64,000 nt of DNA, taken from NCBI GenBank assembly GCA_000092065.1, contig CP000583.1, one strand, 5' to 3'. Position 1 is the first letter of the stretch. Every line of letters starts with the position of its first letter. Below are positions 26,318 through 39,700 of the stretch, one piece after another. A program made the position numbers and the translations under genes. Source of the stretch: Ostreococcus lucimarinus. Lineage: Eukaryota. The notes under the pieces were generated by a model. It made no database searches. It was not told where the DNA came from and saw nothing but the letters and a program-made list of their open reading frames with translations.

Positions 26318-27631
26318 ATGCCGCCGCCGCGCGACGCGCGCCGCGGGGTGTTCGAACGCGACGCGCTCGTCGCGTTCGTGCGCGAACGCGCGTCGTGCGA
26401 CGCGGAAAAGGCGGAGAAACACGCGAAGACGCTGCGACATCGCTGCGCGGTGGCGTGTCGCGGCGGCGCGATGACGCTCGATGACGTCGAGAACGTGCGC
26501 GCGCTGGGGCTGCCGCGCGCGGTGGTGGACGCGCTGAGAGCGAACTTTGTGCTGTACACGACGAAAGTGCGACACGAGTCGCGGTCGGGGGATGGGACGA
26601 CGACGAAGATGATCGTGGAGCTCGCGGGCGGGGACGTCGTGGAGGCGTGCGTGATGCGACACGCCAAGGGAAGGACGACGCTGTGCGTGAGCTCGCAGGT
26701 CGGATGTAAGATGGGATGCACGTTTTGCGCGACGGGAACGCTCGGAGAGCTCGGGAATCTGAGCGCGGGGGAGATTTGTGAACAGTTGGCGCACGCGAGT
26801 CGAGGCGACGCGGTGAGAAACGTCGTGTTCATGGGGATGGGCGAACCGTTGAATAATTACAGAAACGTGATCGACGCGATCGAGGCGATGACGAGCGATA
26901 AGGGGTTTGGATTGTCGCCGGCGAAAATAACGGTGAGCACGGTGGGGGTGATTCCGAGGATGCGGACGCTGCGGCGAGACGCGCCGGGGACGCGCTTGGC
27001 GCTGTCGCTGCACGCGCCGAACCAGGCGCTGAGACAAAAGATTGTGCCGACGGCGACGGCGTACAAATTGGAGGATTTAATGGCGACTTTGGATGAGCAC
27101 ATGGCCAGTGGACCAAAGATGAAGACGATGATCGAGTATTGCGTCTTGGGAGGCGTGAACGACGACGAGGCGTGCGCGCGAGAGCTCGGCGCCCTGTTGC
27201 GCGGTAAGGAGGTAATCGTGAACTTGATACCGTTGAACCCGACGGATACGCCGGCTGGGCACGTGCCGCCGACGCGCGAGGCGGTGCAAAAAATGTTGGA
27301 AATTTTGACGTCGCCGGAGTTCGATTTGTTCACCACCGTGCGTCACGAGATGGGGCAAGACATCGCCGGGGCGTGCGGGCAACTCGCGCTAAAGACGCCC
27401 GATGCGCCGGACATGGAGGACATGATTGCGCCCAAGAAAAAGACGCGTGCGGTGGCGAAGAAGTTCAAATCATCATCTTCGTCAACGAAATCACCCGAAG
27501 AATTAAGTATTTCGTCTTCGGTGGTGCCATCGCGAGATTGGTCTCGAGTCGAGTGCGCGCTCGTCGCCGCCACGGCGTTGAGCGCCGTCGTCTTGGCGGT
27601 GACGATATCGAACCGAAAAGCCCGAGCGTAG
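26318..27631 (+). CDS. rlmN: Radical SAM RNA methyltransferase, RlmN/Cfr family, with a C-terminal hydrophobic tail
   Basis: The radical-SAM cluster is CVSSQVGCKMGCTFCATG (CxxxCxxC). ...NVVFMGMGEPLNNY..., ...ALSLHAPNQALRQKIVP... and the conserved Cys355 region are present. The C-terminal ...WSRVECALVAATALSAVVLAVTISNRKARA is a predicted TM anchor. Confidence 0.85.
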   Translation: MPPPRDARRGVFERDALVAFVRERASCDAEKAEKHAKTLRHRCAVACRGGAMTLDDVENVRALGLPRAVVDALRANFVLYTTKVRHESRSGDGTTTKMIVELAGGDVVEACVMRHAKGRTTLCVSSQVGCKMGCTFCATGTLGELGNLSAGEICEQLAHASRGDAVRNVVFMGMGEPLNNYRNVIDAIEAMTSDKGFGLSPAKITVSTVGVIPRMRTLRRDAPGTRLALSLHAPNQALRQKIVPTATAYKLEDLMATLDEHMASGPKMKTMIEYCVLGGVNDDEACARELGALLRGKEVIVNLIPLNPTDTPAGHVPPTREAVQKMLEILTSPEFDLFTTVRHEMGQDIAGACGQLALKTPDAPDMEDMIAPKKKTRAVAKKFKSSSSSTKSPEELSISSSVVPSRDWSRVECALVAATALSAVVLAVTISNRKARA

Positions 27632-27740
27632 CACTAGCGATGTAATTTTACAAGTAGGATAGGAAATCAAATGTGTCGCTGAGTTTCGCGAGAACTCACA
27701 TCGTCGGCGTCGGTTAAGTGATTGTGCATCAAATCGTCCA

Positions 27741-30700
27741 TCAAATCATCGCCCGGTCGTCGTCGCCGTGCGCGTCGAGCACATCCAAAGCAAAACGTCC
27801 ATCAGGACAATCTCGAGACCTAGTCGCTATGAACGTTCGACCGAGGTTGTCAATAGACCACATGCTTGCGTTTTCAAAATGCTTACGATCCGATCGTCGC
27901 ATCGTTTCGTCCACTTCGGGCATCCACGACGCGTCGTCGTCGAACGGAGCCAACGTGAGGAAATCCGTTCGTACGCACGTGACCAGGTCTTTCTTGGGCG
28001 GTTCGACACCTTTGACGACGACGGCACCAAGGGCGCGGAATCTCGCGGGAGCCACGGGCATCCACACCGTAAAATCGGACTGCTCGCGATATATGAGCTC
28101 AAATCGAACTGGTGGACTGAGCACAACGCTGTTGCCGCCGCTTCGTAAAACCATACTCACAGGCTCGGACGGAGGATTTGTGCCACCGATGACGTGACCG
28201 AACGCGATGTACTTATCTACTGGTGGGATGGGTGCCCAAAAACACGTCTGACCTCGGCTTACCACGCATTTCCAGTTGACACAAGGCATGTATGGAGGAA
28301 GAGGTTCGCCGTCGTCGTCGTACTCGTCCTCATCAAACTTTGAGTTTGATCGTCGCGTCATTTCGTCTGCAATCATCGCCGTCAGCTCCTCCGGTTGATT
28401 CGTACCAGGAGTCGTTTTGATCACACGTGTGATTCGTTGCTTTTCGAAAAGTCGCTTCTTTCGACTGTACTCTTTTAGGTGCAGTACACAATTCGCCGGG
28501 GCTTGCACTTCGACGTGAAGTAACTCGTGCCATCCCACGTGCCAAAGGGCGACGTACTTGTCTGCCGCCGTTCGTTTCAACGTCACCACGCGCTGATCGG
28601 TGAGAACGATCAAATAAGCCCTCGAGTTGACCTCAACGCTTCCGAGATACTTGTCTCGGCCGTAGTACCCTTTGTGTGTGAACACTTCATCGATTCCACC
28701 GCCCAACTTTCCTCGCTCGGCGGTCCGCAATGCGCGCTGCGAGCGCGCGGCGTTCGCGTCGTACGTGCGCAAAATACCGTCGGCATGCTGAGCGCGAGGT
28801 TCCCGAATTCGATGTTGCGGCGCCGACGAGTTAACGCCAAGCGCACTTTTCACTCCATCGACACCCGACGCAATACCTTCCGCAGTTCGACCTACGGCGG
28901 CTAAACCGCCGGCGATGGGTTGCGTCACGGCTCCAACCAAACCTTTACCGACACCTTTGACGAAGCCAAGCGCGCCGCCTTTCGTAGCACCTTCGATCGG
29001 TTTTCGGAAAACCCCGGTAAAACCTCGGAAGACGCCCTTGGCGAGCATCTCGGTGCCGGAAGCTAAACCATTTTTGATGGAATCAGCCTTTTGGGCGTCG
29101 GGTCCAAGCGTAGCGTTCATAGAGTGCGAAAACTTTTTGTCAAGACTTAAAGCGGCGACTCCCGCGGACGCCTGACTAAGCGCCTGTGAAAACGAGTCCA
29201 AAACATCGACACCGACGAGCAACAAGAGTGCTTGTCTGGCGACTTGTCGAGAGTAAGAATCCGATATCATCCTCATGAAGGCTTGCTCGAGCGTGCGCAC
29301 TCTCCTTACTCGAAGCGCATGCAGATACAATTGACCGTCATCGATGTTTACGAAAGCCATGCCAGCCATAAAAGCAGGCATCGCGTGCTTCGGCCTTGAA
29401 TAAAGCGCAGAACGGAATCGCAATCGCAATTTCAGTTCACTCACGTGGAAGCTACCGATAGCTATCGGAAGGTTGACGACTTCGAGACGTTCTCCTCCAT
29501 CTTTTGATGACGTCGTGTTCATCACCTCTGAAAAGTTTACCAGTCGCCAAATGAGCGGTTCGTGCACGGCGAGTTGCACGTCAAGCGGAGCGAAGGTAAC
29601 GTCGATGAATGGATAAATGCGCATTTCCAACCCAGCAGATGTCTTGGTGACCACTTTAACGGTCAAGAATGAATGTTCTCGCGTGTCCCCAAGCAAACGC
29701 ACGACGACAGGATACTGAGAGCCATCATTCATATCGTCGACTTGTAATGATTTCACCGTGAGTGCCATGCGTTCAATTCCCCCACCGACGCCTGAGAGAT
29801 ACTCGAAACCAACGCCACTGGTAGTGCAATTGATAATTTCACTCATCGCACCATCGACAATAGCAAGGCTGCTTTCTGTGATAAGCACTGAGATGCGCGA
29901 CTCCGTCGAGCTCGCGCGGCTTGCGGAGACCAAATGCTTGGAGACTGTCGAGCTGCCGTATGACTTGATACGCACAATACGCCTTCCTCTTCTTAACCGA
30001 CGGGTGACCGGCAGGAAATTGAAGTAAACTGAATCACCACCGTCAATGTCGAGTTCCGCCGTCGTCTTCAGCTCGATCTTTGGTACGGGCAAACCGGGCA
30101 ACATTTCGTTCTCTGTTCCGAGATCCAAGTGGTCGAAATCATAGACGCGTTGAATCGAACTTTGAAACGAGCCTTTCTGAAGCACTCGCACTGCAAGTTT
30201 TCTCGCATCTCGCGGTCGAGACCACGCGAAAGCTTTCGCTGATTGCGGAGGTACCACGATCCACGCTTCCAAATTGTCTTCAATCGCACAAGCTTGTCTG
30301 AAGGCGACGAAATCGACATCGCTGGCGTTCTCAATGAGAATGTTTGCGGTGAAACGAGGTTCGATCGCACAGCTGACTCTTGACACTCCGAGTTTTGACG
30401 TATCCAAATGTAAACTCAACAAATCGAACTCTTCGGGATTGACTGAACTCCGTATCGGGATTTTCATGGAATCCTTGATCGTCTTGATGCCGTACAAGTC
30501 TATCGGAGCAGACCATTTTGCGTGTGGAAGTTTGATTCGAACCAAACCGTCGTCGTTCGCGGTTTGCATCTTCAGAGGCACGGTGATATCAGTCGCCTTC
30601 AAAATTAGTGCGGAAGCGTCTTTGTCATCAGAACTTTGAGCCAGCAAAATATCCATGCCAGTTTGATTCGTAACCGTACATCGCGGCTCAATGAAAACAA

Positions 30701-33700
30701 CCTGCGCGCCCTCCTTCGAGTATTCACTGCCAGTTTCCATTCGCACCGTGAGAGAGTAGAAAGAACCATCTTTGCAAAGTGCTCGCACGACGACGGCGCC
30801 ACGAAGAAGTTCGCGTTCATCTATGGGAATGCCAGGCGATAAATGTACGTGAGCGTTCGAATTGTCGATGCCAACTTCAAGCATGATTACTTGGTTCTCC
30901 TTTGGCGCTTTGCGAATCGCGCAATGATGAAGCGATTGAATGCCTCTCTTGGATTTTGGAGCGTAAGTTTCGACCATTTTGACTTTAGAAATAGACGAAT
31001 CCTCATCCGTTGACGGTATTTCCATCGTCGAAGTTCTAATGGCGAGATTGACACCGCTTTTGTTCACTATGATCAAGGATGCGGAGAAAACTGTTTTGCG
31101 CGCAGAGCGCGAGAGGAAACCAAAGTCAGTGCGTGCGTCCAAAACCGCAGTCCTTCCGTCTGAGCTCCGCAAATTCACTTCATCTAACGAAGTCGCATCA
31201 TCATCAGTTTTGACTGCATCAGTTAATGGCATTTCGAAAGCATCAAAAGCATCCAGTGTTCCGGCTGACGCCAACGCTTCGACCGCCATCGGGGACACTG
31301 GTATCAAACGTCTCGGAGGAACCATGACTTCGAAACCATCATCAAGCGCGAGACGCAAGTAATACGGCGTTTCAGGATGCACACTGTGTATCGGTAGAGA
31401 GTTCCAAGGGGTGATGGTCGCAGTGCTTATCGCCTTGACGCTCAGCGGTGTATCTACTTGTCCTTGAAACACAGTCAGCGTCATCGTATGCGGAGAATGA
31501 TTTGTGATGATGTGCGGAGCGCCGGCAGTGATTTTCCACTCCATTGCCTCTGGGTTGAGGTTGTAATATCCGTCTTCCAATAGCTCACAGTCTTCGAAAC
31601 CTGTACCATCATCTGCAGCTTTACAGTCAGGTGTGACCGCGTCGGCTTCGACTTGAATGCCGATGAATCTGTTTTTACCCTCAGCGTCGGTTGTGCAAGC
31701 AATTTCGGCGCCTTCCATGGCACTATGAATCATACAAGACCACGTGCTTCCATGGTCGTCGACATTTGCCCCCCATGATGATTGTCCTCGCAATGTGATG
31801 TTACGCACAAACAGTTCCGCTCGGGCATCCGGTCCAATAATCGCGGGAATCAATCCCACGGTTTCATTTGGCTTGACGACAACACTCTGACGAAGCGCAG
31901 CGTCATCTTCGGCGTCGAGCACGACTGGTCGATTTTCTTCGATAGGCACTCGTCGACGAACCCAGCGACGCATGCGCACCATAGATAAAGGGCCTTGCTG
32001 TCGGTTGTCGCTAAACGGATATTTCAGATCTGGTAAATTTATCGCGTATGCCCAGCCTTCCGAATCGGTGTTTTCACCGACGTGCACTTCCCACTGGCCG
32101 TCCCACTTGAAATCTGCAGGCAGCAGTCTTGTAGTGAACTCGTCGATTGAGTTCGTGCTGTTAGCTCCTTGACCGTTTGACCACGCTTTGCGTTCGGTGG
32201 GAATCAAATGTTTTGACGAAAAACCAGCGAGGGGTATTCTGCGCTGATTCTCGAAAACTTCTTCGTAGATGCGTTTTGGTCGTTTCTTCGTCGACGCACG
32301 ACCTGGTTTGTCATCGGGATGCATTCCCGCCGGACAAATACAAACTTCAATGTCATTTGACGTAGTGTTTATGAACGTGGCCATCGGTTTGAACGTGCAA
32401 ACGCTCGGACCAGAGGATTTTGCGATGCACCGGGAAGACTTTCCATCAATAATTTGTGCCGCATTCCACACGCGAGCGTCAATCGATTTCCATGGACCGT
32501 GAGGTGCAAAAGCTATGCAAACTTCAGAATCACCTTGATTCGAATCATCATTGCTCGCATGCTCACGCTTGCTGTCTAATTCTACAAACTCGACTCGCAC
32601 CTTCACTTCGAGCGAACCGTCGTCGTCCACGAGCGGAACTTTAATGACGCCTTCACCAATGTGAGAACGCTCTCCCGACACCGTCAGATTGCTGAAGAAA
32701 GACGCTAAAGTCATAGATTTTGTGGCGACACCATTCTCTGAGGATTCGATGTTGTGATCATCAGCAATGACCAATGTCACTAACACATCTTTCGCGTACT
32801 CTCGCCAGTGCGTCTTTGATGCGCGCGTGACGCGCGGAATGATTTGAAATTCTTCATTCCAATTGATGCGTGAATTTTGTGAATTCGACGTGATAGCGCG
32901 AGTTGTCACCTTGGTAGAGCCAAGACCGTCTGGAAACTCGAATATCATGCTCGCAACGATTTGCGACATTTCATCGTCAGTAGGGACATCGGCGGAAATC
33001 AGATGAATGTTTGCGGACCATTTCGCTCGCACCGGCATCTTTTCACTATTCTGCGATGATGTCAAAGGCGACGACGTGTCGTCTATCGGCAACGCGTATG
33101 ATTCAACATGTCGATTTGCTGTTCGAATCTCGCGTGATTCTCCAGGCTTGAGACAGACAGCCTCCGACGAGCCAACCCGCAAATACACGTCTTGATTCAC
33201 AAGGTGATTGTCGTAACGAATAGAGTCTTCATCGGCTGCCCGAAGTTCTGACACACCACTGGCGACCATAGTTGTCTGGTCTTGCCACTCACTCCAACGC
33301 AACATCGATGCTACGAATCTCTGCGAAACTGTCATGCAAAGAGGCGTGACGGTCTTTACTTGCACCGCCGTTCCTGCTGGCGCGGATTCATCGCCTGTAT
33401 CGCTGTACGAGAATTTCAAATAAGAATTCGTCGCATCAATGACGGGTTCCCAAACGTTGCGAGAACTGTTATAAGAGGAAACTGCTACGTTGAACATGGT
33501 GTTTCCATCCATACGCGTAGATGTACCGTTAACAACGAACGCAGTGTCTGACAAAGTGGCGCAGATGAGCGGGTATGAAAACGCCTCTCGCTCGAGTAGT
33601 ACAAGACTCACTCGCGGCATTGAAATCTTGAGAGAAACGTTCGGATCTTTGCCTTTTGACTTGTTCGCCCTGGCTCGAACGTAATCTAAAACAGATTGCC

Positions 33701-36700
33701 GCGGACGGAACTGTCGTGGAGCGATTGCTTTGTCTAGCTTCGAGAAATGAAATAACCCCCACCGCGGAAGCTGATCGAGAGGTGCATCCGGATCCGAACT
33801 CCACAACTGACAGTGCGAACTATGCGCGCTCCAGAGCGCGTCTTGAACGAATATCGCGTCATGCGCCAACTGAGTTGGGTCAGTACATATCCCCTTTCTC
33901 GAAACTTCAATAGCCAAGTCTTGACGTAAGCACGCGCAAGTGGTCAGTTGCGGTGGGTTTTTAGTGTCATTTGTTACGACGTCGCCACAGGAAACGTAAC
34001 CTTGCGGATTAATTGGACGCCACACGGCGTGCGTTCCGCTATCGCCTTGGCGTATGGACCCAACCAATACGAATCCGATCGGCGAAGCGATAATGTCGCT
34101 ATCTTCTGCCACTGCGAGCACACCTGCAGTCGGCGGTTCTGGCCCAGCGATGAGACAGTCGCCGAGCGATACGTATCCTTGCGGCGGTCGGGGGCGCCAA
34201 ATCGACGCCTGGCGACTTCCTTCCGGTTTTTCGTCTGACCATAAAATTTTGAAGTCATACGTCGTCACTGTTTGTAGCATATCTGTACTGTCCATCGAAA
34301 TATTATCTTCTAAAATCTGCTCGGCGTCTGCGATGAGTGGAAACGGTTCGGGTAGCAAGGGCGACGACAAGTCCGCCGCCGTCATGGGATCGAAACCGTC
34401 TGCAAATGCCTGAAAAGTTCGTGGTCCGTTTTTAACTTGTCTTAGATACGCGGATGACGTCTTGTGCGAAATGCACGCACTGTAGTACGCCTCGTTGACA
34501 ACCTCAGCGCGCATGCATCGCATCACATCGAGAGGTGGTGGCTCTTCGTCGGAGGTCACAACGCATCCGAGCGAACAGTACCCGTCCGGAGGAATTGGGC
34601 GCCAAACCACCGACTTTTGCGTTTCACCTTCAAACGCACACATGCGGTGAAACTCTACCGGAGCTTTCGTCAAACCATCAGCGTCTGTGATGACTACGAC
34701 TGGTCGCGTGGGCGGCGTTTCGTCGAGAGTCACGCAGTCGCCTAAGAGCGTAAATCCGGGCGGCGGAACAGGACGCCAGAAAAATGCACCACCTTCTCCT
34801 CCACCTACGCGTACGAAAGTTGAGCATGAGACAGTTTGGTTATACAAACCAGTTGACTGAAGCGTTGCCGTGAACCCTTTGGAGAGCGAAGTAAGTCGCT
34901 CGATAGACTGTGCGTCGAGGACAAAATCAGCGTCTGTGGCTCGCATCATCATTTCCATATCGTCCGCCGTCGCCTGCATGCGTCCGTCTATGTCGATCGG
35001 TCTTAGCACGATACTGGAGTCGAACATGTTTCCTTTTGAGCTCCATTCACTCACCGCGACCTGGAACTGCGTGAACGCAAACGCGGCATCTTGCTTGCTC
35101 TCGGCGGAGGTATATTGAAATTCTGCGTCGGTGCGCATGCGCAACACATAATCCGCTGCTCCGCTTGAGGTATCTAAGAAAATAAGCTCAACTCCAGGCA
35201 TCGACGCCTTGACGTTGTAATCGAACGAAGAAGTTCCCGCGGTAGCGAGGGAGTTCTCACTTCCGCGCCGCGACTTGGTACGATTTTCGTGTACAATGAC
35301 GACACCATCCACCTCTTCCGCGCTCAATTGAGAATCCGCCTCCAACTGCACGAAGTCACTCAGCTCGGAGCCGATCGGGATGATGATTCGCACATTCGTC
35401 AGCTTGAGGTGCCTCGCCGCAGCAATATATATCAACGGCGTGTTTGAAACGTGGAAGACGAGCTCGCGCCCATTGCCATTCAACTCCACTTCTTTGGCTC
35501 CCTCGGGTGCGTTGCAAAGGATGCGCGTCGACGAGCTCAAGTCGAAGTCTTCCTCGAGCGTCAAGGACGCCCGTGTTCCGAAATTCAAGTCTTGCCTCAA
35601 GCGAGCGTTCACAAGTCCTGATTCAGATTCGTCTTCTGATGTATTCGAGAAGAAGTTGTAGATTGCCAAGCCGAATTGCGGATCGTACATCATTCTGCAA
35701 TCTTGGAAAAAGACGTCGCAGTCGTAAGACGTTGACGATTGCTTTGCGTCGACGCGAAACAAAGTCTTGGTAGAAGTCGAGCCATGACTCGACCCAAACA
35801 CTTGTTGGGCTCTCGTCGGAATCCCGACTCTTAAATCATTCAGCGCTAAGTCCGGGCAGATCACTGAAACAGACATCTCGCCGTCTTTGTCCTTCCTGTA
35901 GCCGACGTGCATATTGTCAATTTGAAACGCCGCGAGGGGTTTATTTCGTTTCGGTTTGGCCGAAGCAAATGTCACCATTCGCATTTTATTCACGTTCATC
36001 GACATCAGCATGTATGGTGCGCCGAACTTATCGTTTAAATTGCCCGACTCGACGGAAACAATTTCAGCAATTTGGTATAAAGGCTGCGGGACGGGGACAA
36101 CTTCTGCAAAATTTTCCACGGAAAGTGCTGTGAGGACCCGATATTCAAAATCGGACATTTCGACTTTCGTTTCGTTCAAAAAATCAACGACAATCTCGTA
36201 GCTCGGCGATCGACTTTTCGGGTCCCATTTCGGGCTACGAACATAGACATCGAGCGCCATGTCGCGCTCCGGAATCATGGACGTCGTCTTTTTAAATTTG
36301 TCCCACACACAAGCCGAGCAACGAAAAAATGAAACGTTCGTTGAATCCAAGAGCACGGCTCCCACATCTAAATGCGACTTACCTCCTTCCCATTTTAGTT
36401 TATTGTTAACCCTTATGCACTCGGCATCCATAGAAAACGCTTGATCGGAGGTGCTGCTTCGTGGAAAGATGAGTTCAGGCCTCTCCATTTCGACGGCGTA
36501 AATCATCGTGAAAGGCCTCGGGTCGCCTCGCCGCAACAGCTCTGCATTTCTCTCCGACTCTGGAAGTGCACTTACAGGGAGTGGTGGTGGTGTAAACATA
36601 GACGTATATCCCATCAGTTTCTGGATGAATGCATACATGACAATCATCTTGACATCATGGAATTTGACGCGAACGTCGTATTCGTATCCTGGGAAGTTTG

Positions 36701-39700
36701 ACGCAAGATGGTTGTACATGAAGACATCAATCTGCGTGCGACTGGTATTTGATGCATCAGATGAATTCAAGTCGATGAATTGTCGATACGCATTGTCTTT
36801 CGGCGCAGTCTGATCACCCACGCGAAGGTTTCCGAGCGACATAGAAACTTCTTGCACGGCGGCTTTCGAGTTCATCTCCAACTGCAAATCATCCATGCAG
36901 CAATCAAACAGAGGTTGAAGACTCGACGCTTCTTCTTCTTTTTCGAGATATGCCATGATGACGGTGGAATGAAAATGAAGTAACATTTGGAAACTGATTC
37001 GATCCGAATCCTCGTCGATGAGGCCGCCGAAGGACGCTACTTTTGTAATTGCCTCAGTGTCTGTCGATGAAAACGCCGCCAAGATGACCTTGATTTCCTC
37101 TTGCATGCGATACAGTGAACCGATGGTCGGTCTGTGAAGCGCGAAGCTGATATTCTCGGTATCCAAGCACATTGTTGTACTGATGTTGTTGTATTCTGGT
37201 GAACTTTCGCTTAATTCCTTGTATTTGAGTCGAACTTTCACGTCATCGCGCGCGTGCGCACTCATAAGACGCATGGTTTCGGTTGTACCGCAAAGCTTGT
37301 CCACGATATCCATGCTCGATACCTCCATGACAAACTCTCGGCTATGTTCTTTCGTTTGAACGCTGATCAAAGCCGATGTAGAGCTGAGCTCTGCGACAGG
37401 GATTTCCGTGGATTCTGCCAAGTTGCGATCCAACAGCCTCGCCACACCACCATTTTCTAAACCATCACACTTCGCTCCGGGAATACCCATTGGCTGGCCA
37501 GAAAGATGCACGGACACGCTTCCTAGCTCCATTGTGAGCACAGAGTCTACGACATCTTCCTCGTCGAAGTCCCGATTAAGATTTTCAGAAGTTTCTTCCT
37601 CGACAATAGCTTTCGTAGATGATTGTACCGCTCTCGTGGCCACAGCGACTTCATTCATATCCTGAAGCCATCGCTGCCACTTTGAATGCTCTTGTTCGTC
37701 AGCAAAACGGAATAGCCAAGTATTGTTCGTATCACGCGCGCGTGATTTCGGCGTTTTCGAATCGTGGATCGCCAAAATTAAATTCTGCTTTTCTCCGTCT
37801 TCCTCGTCTTCCAAAACGGTTACTCTAACGCTGTAGCCGATGCGAACGAAATCAATGTAACCCGCCGCATCGGGTTTTTCTAAAATGTACAAGTACGGAC
37901 CTTGAATACACAACCAGCGACTGTGGTAACCGCTCGCGCCACCAACTAGACCCACTTTCTTCGCAGAGGCGGCACCGCTGATGAGCGCATCTGACCAAGG
38001 TTTCGCATCAATTGCGGCGGTGCTGCCGGCATCCTCAGATAATGCCATGGAACTTTGCTTTGCGGACGATGTCATCTGCATGGTCGCGTATACCCGTGCC
38101 ATTTTCGACGGCGACATGTACATCTGAAAAGCACTTAAAGATATTTGCACTTTTGAACGAGGTCCAACTTCAGGTGTCCATCCGGCGCCTTGCATCGCAA
38201 AACGCATTTTGGCGTCACACGGGGCAAGGAGTGTTTCGCAGACTTGATCGAGCGACGTCGACACCGAGTTCCCCCAATCGAAATCCGACGGCGCGAGAAA
38301 CACGGCCGTATCCCTACTGGCGACGGCAAACGTCTGGTACACTGGCGCGCCAGTTTTGCGATCAAAACTCACCGATGGATCAAGTGGATCGGCCACCATG
38401 GTAAAATGACCGAAATCCACCAACGTTTGGAACGCCACTCGACCTCGTCGGCGAACTGGAATTGTCACCTTTGGCGCGTGAATGTCGAACGTCATGGCAA
38501 CTTTATTCAACGCTTCAGTGGTTGATTCTTTTGCTTCTTCAAGCTTAATCATCGCCTCATCCACTTGGAGCGCAAAATTTGTTTGGACTAATTCTTTTGA
38601 GCTAAAAAAGTTGCGCAGTTGGTCGACGGTTTGTCCATCAAAGACAATGTACACCGGAGAAAGCTTGACATCCACGTTGGCATCGAGATCGTGTTCGAGT
38701 GGGTAGGCGTTGTGCTTGACTTCGAGCGCGTGTTTACGCAACGACGCTCCTACTCCGCTCGACAATATTCGATCATTCGTAGTCTCGCACGTCCAACTGT
38801 TAATGGTGAAATACGTGTTTGATTGATCCTTGTACGTCTTCGTCAAGATCTTCGCGCCAATCATACTTGAATTCAAAACGAGACGCTCTTTATTGTGATC
38901 ATCGTGATCGGTGAGCTCCATGGAAAGCTTTTTCATCGATCCTCTGAATTCCATGCCGAGTTCCTTTGGGTCGAAATCCTCTTCCTCCACGCCGCCGCGC
39001 ATGAGCTCTTCCAGCTTGCTCCAGTCGTCGTTTGACATTTCCAGCGACTTAGCCGTCAACTCCGTCGACGATTGCCACATCCACGAAAAATAGCCCGATT
39101 TTTCCGATTCTTCTTCTTTCAACATAAGAATAACATCGCCTCTAGCTTTTGAGGCGAGAGAAGGCGGTCGTCCGTCGGTGCTCGCGGCTTTCGATTTGCT
39201 ATGAGCGATGCAGCGCCAGGCGAGCGCGACTTCAAAGTCGATGTTGCGCTCTATCTCGTGTACTCGATTGATAAACTCAGCGTTTGATGCGCTACCCTCC
39301 GCTATGTATATGGAAAGATATTCACGCCTTAACGCTCCGGTCTCTTGGATATTGCGCCATTCGAAAGTCCCTAAAACGTTCTTCTTTCTCGCCGAGACGG
39401 CGCACTTGGCGTACGTCCACCACGCGCGCGGTTGAGCTTTGACGCTCACCATCGGGCGAAACTCGGCGTGCGGCAATCGCAAGCGATACTGATTGAAGGC
39501 CTCTAGCAAGCGGACCGTACTGCGGTATTGATTACGACTCAACGCCATGCGCGCGTCTTGAAACTTCAAGTCACACATTTGCCTCGGTTCACCCGCCTCG
39601 GTTTGTTCTTTTCGTCCTTTGCGGTGATAAAACAGTTCCACCGTCACCGGGTACAACATGTAGTTTCGCACATCGCTCGGCGCTTCTCCGACCAACCCTA

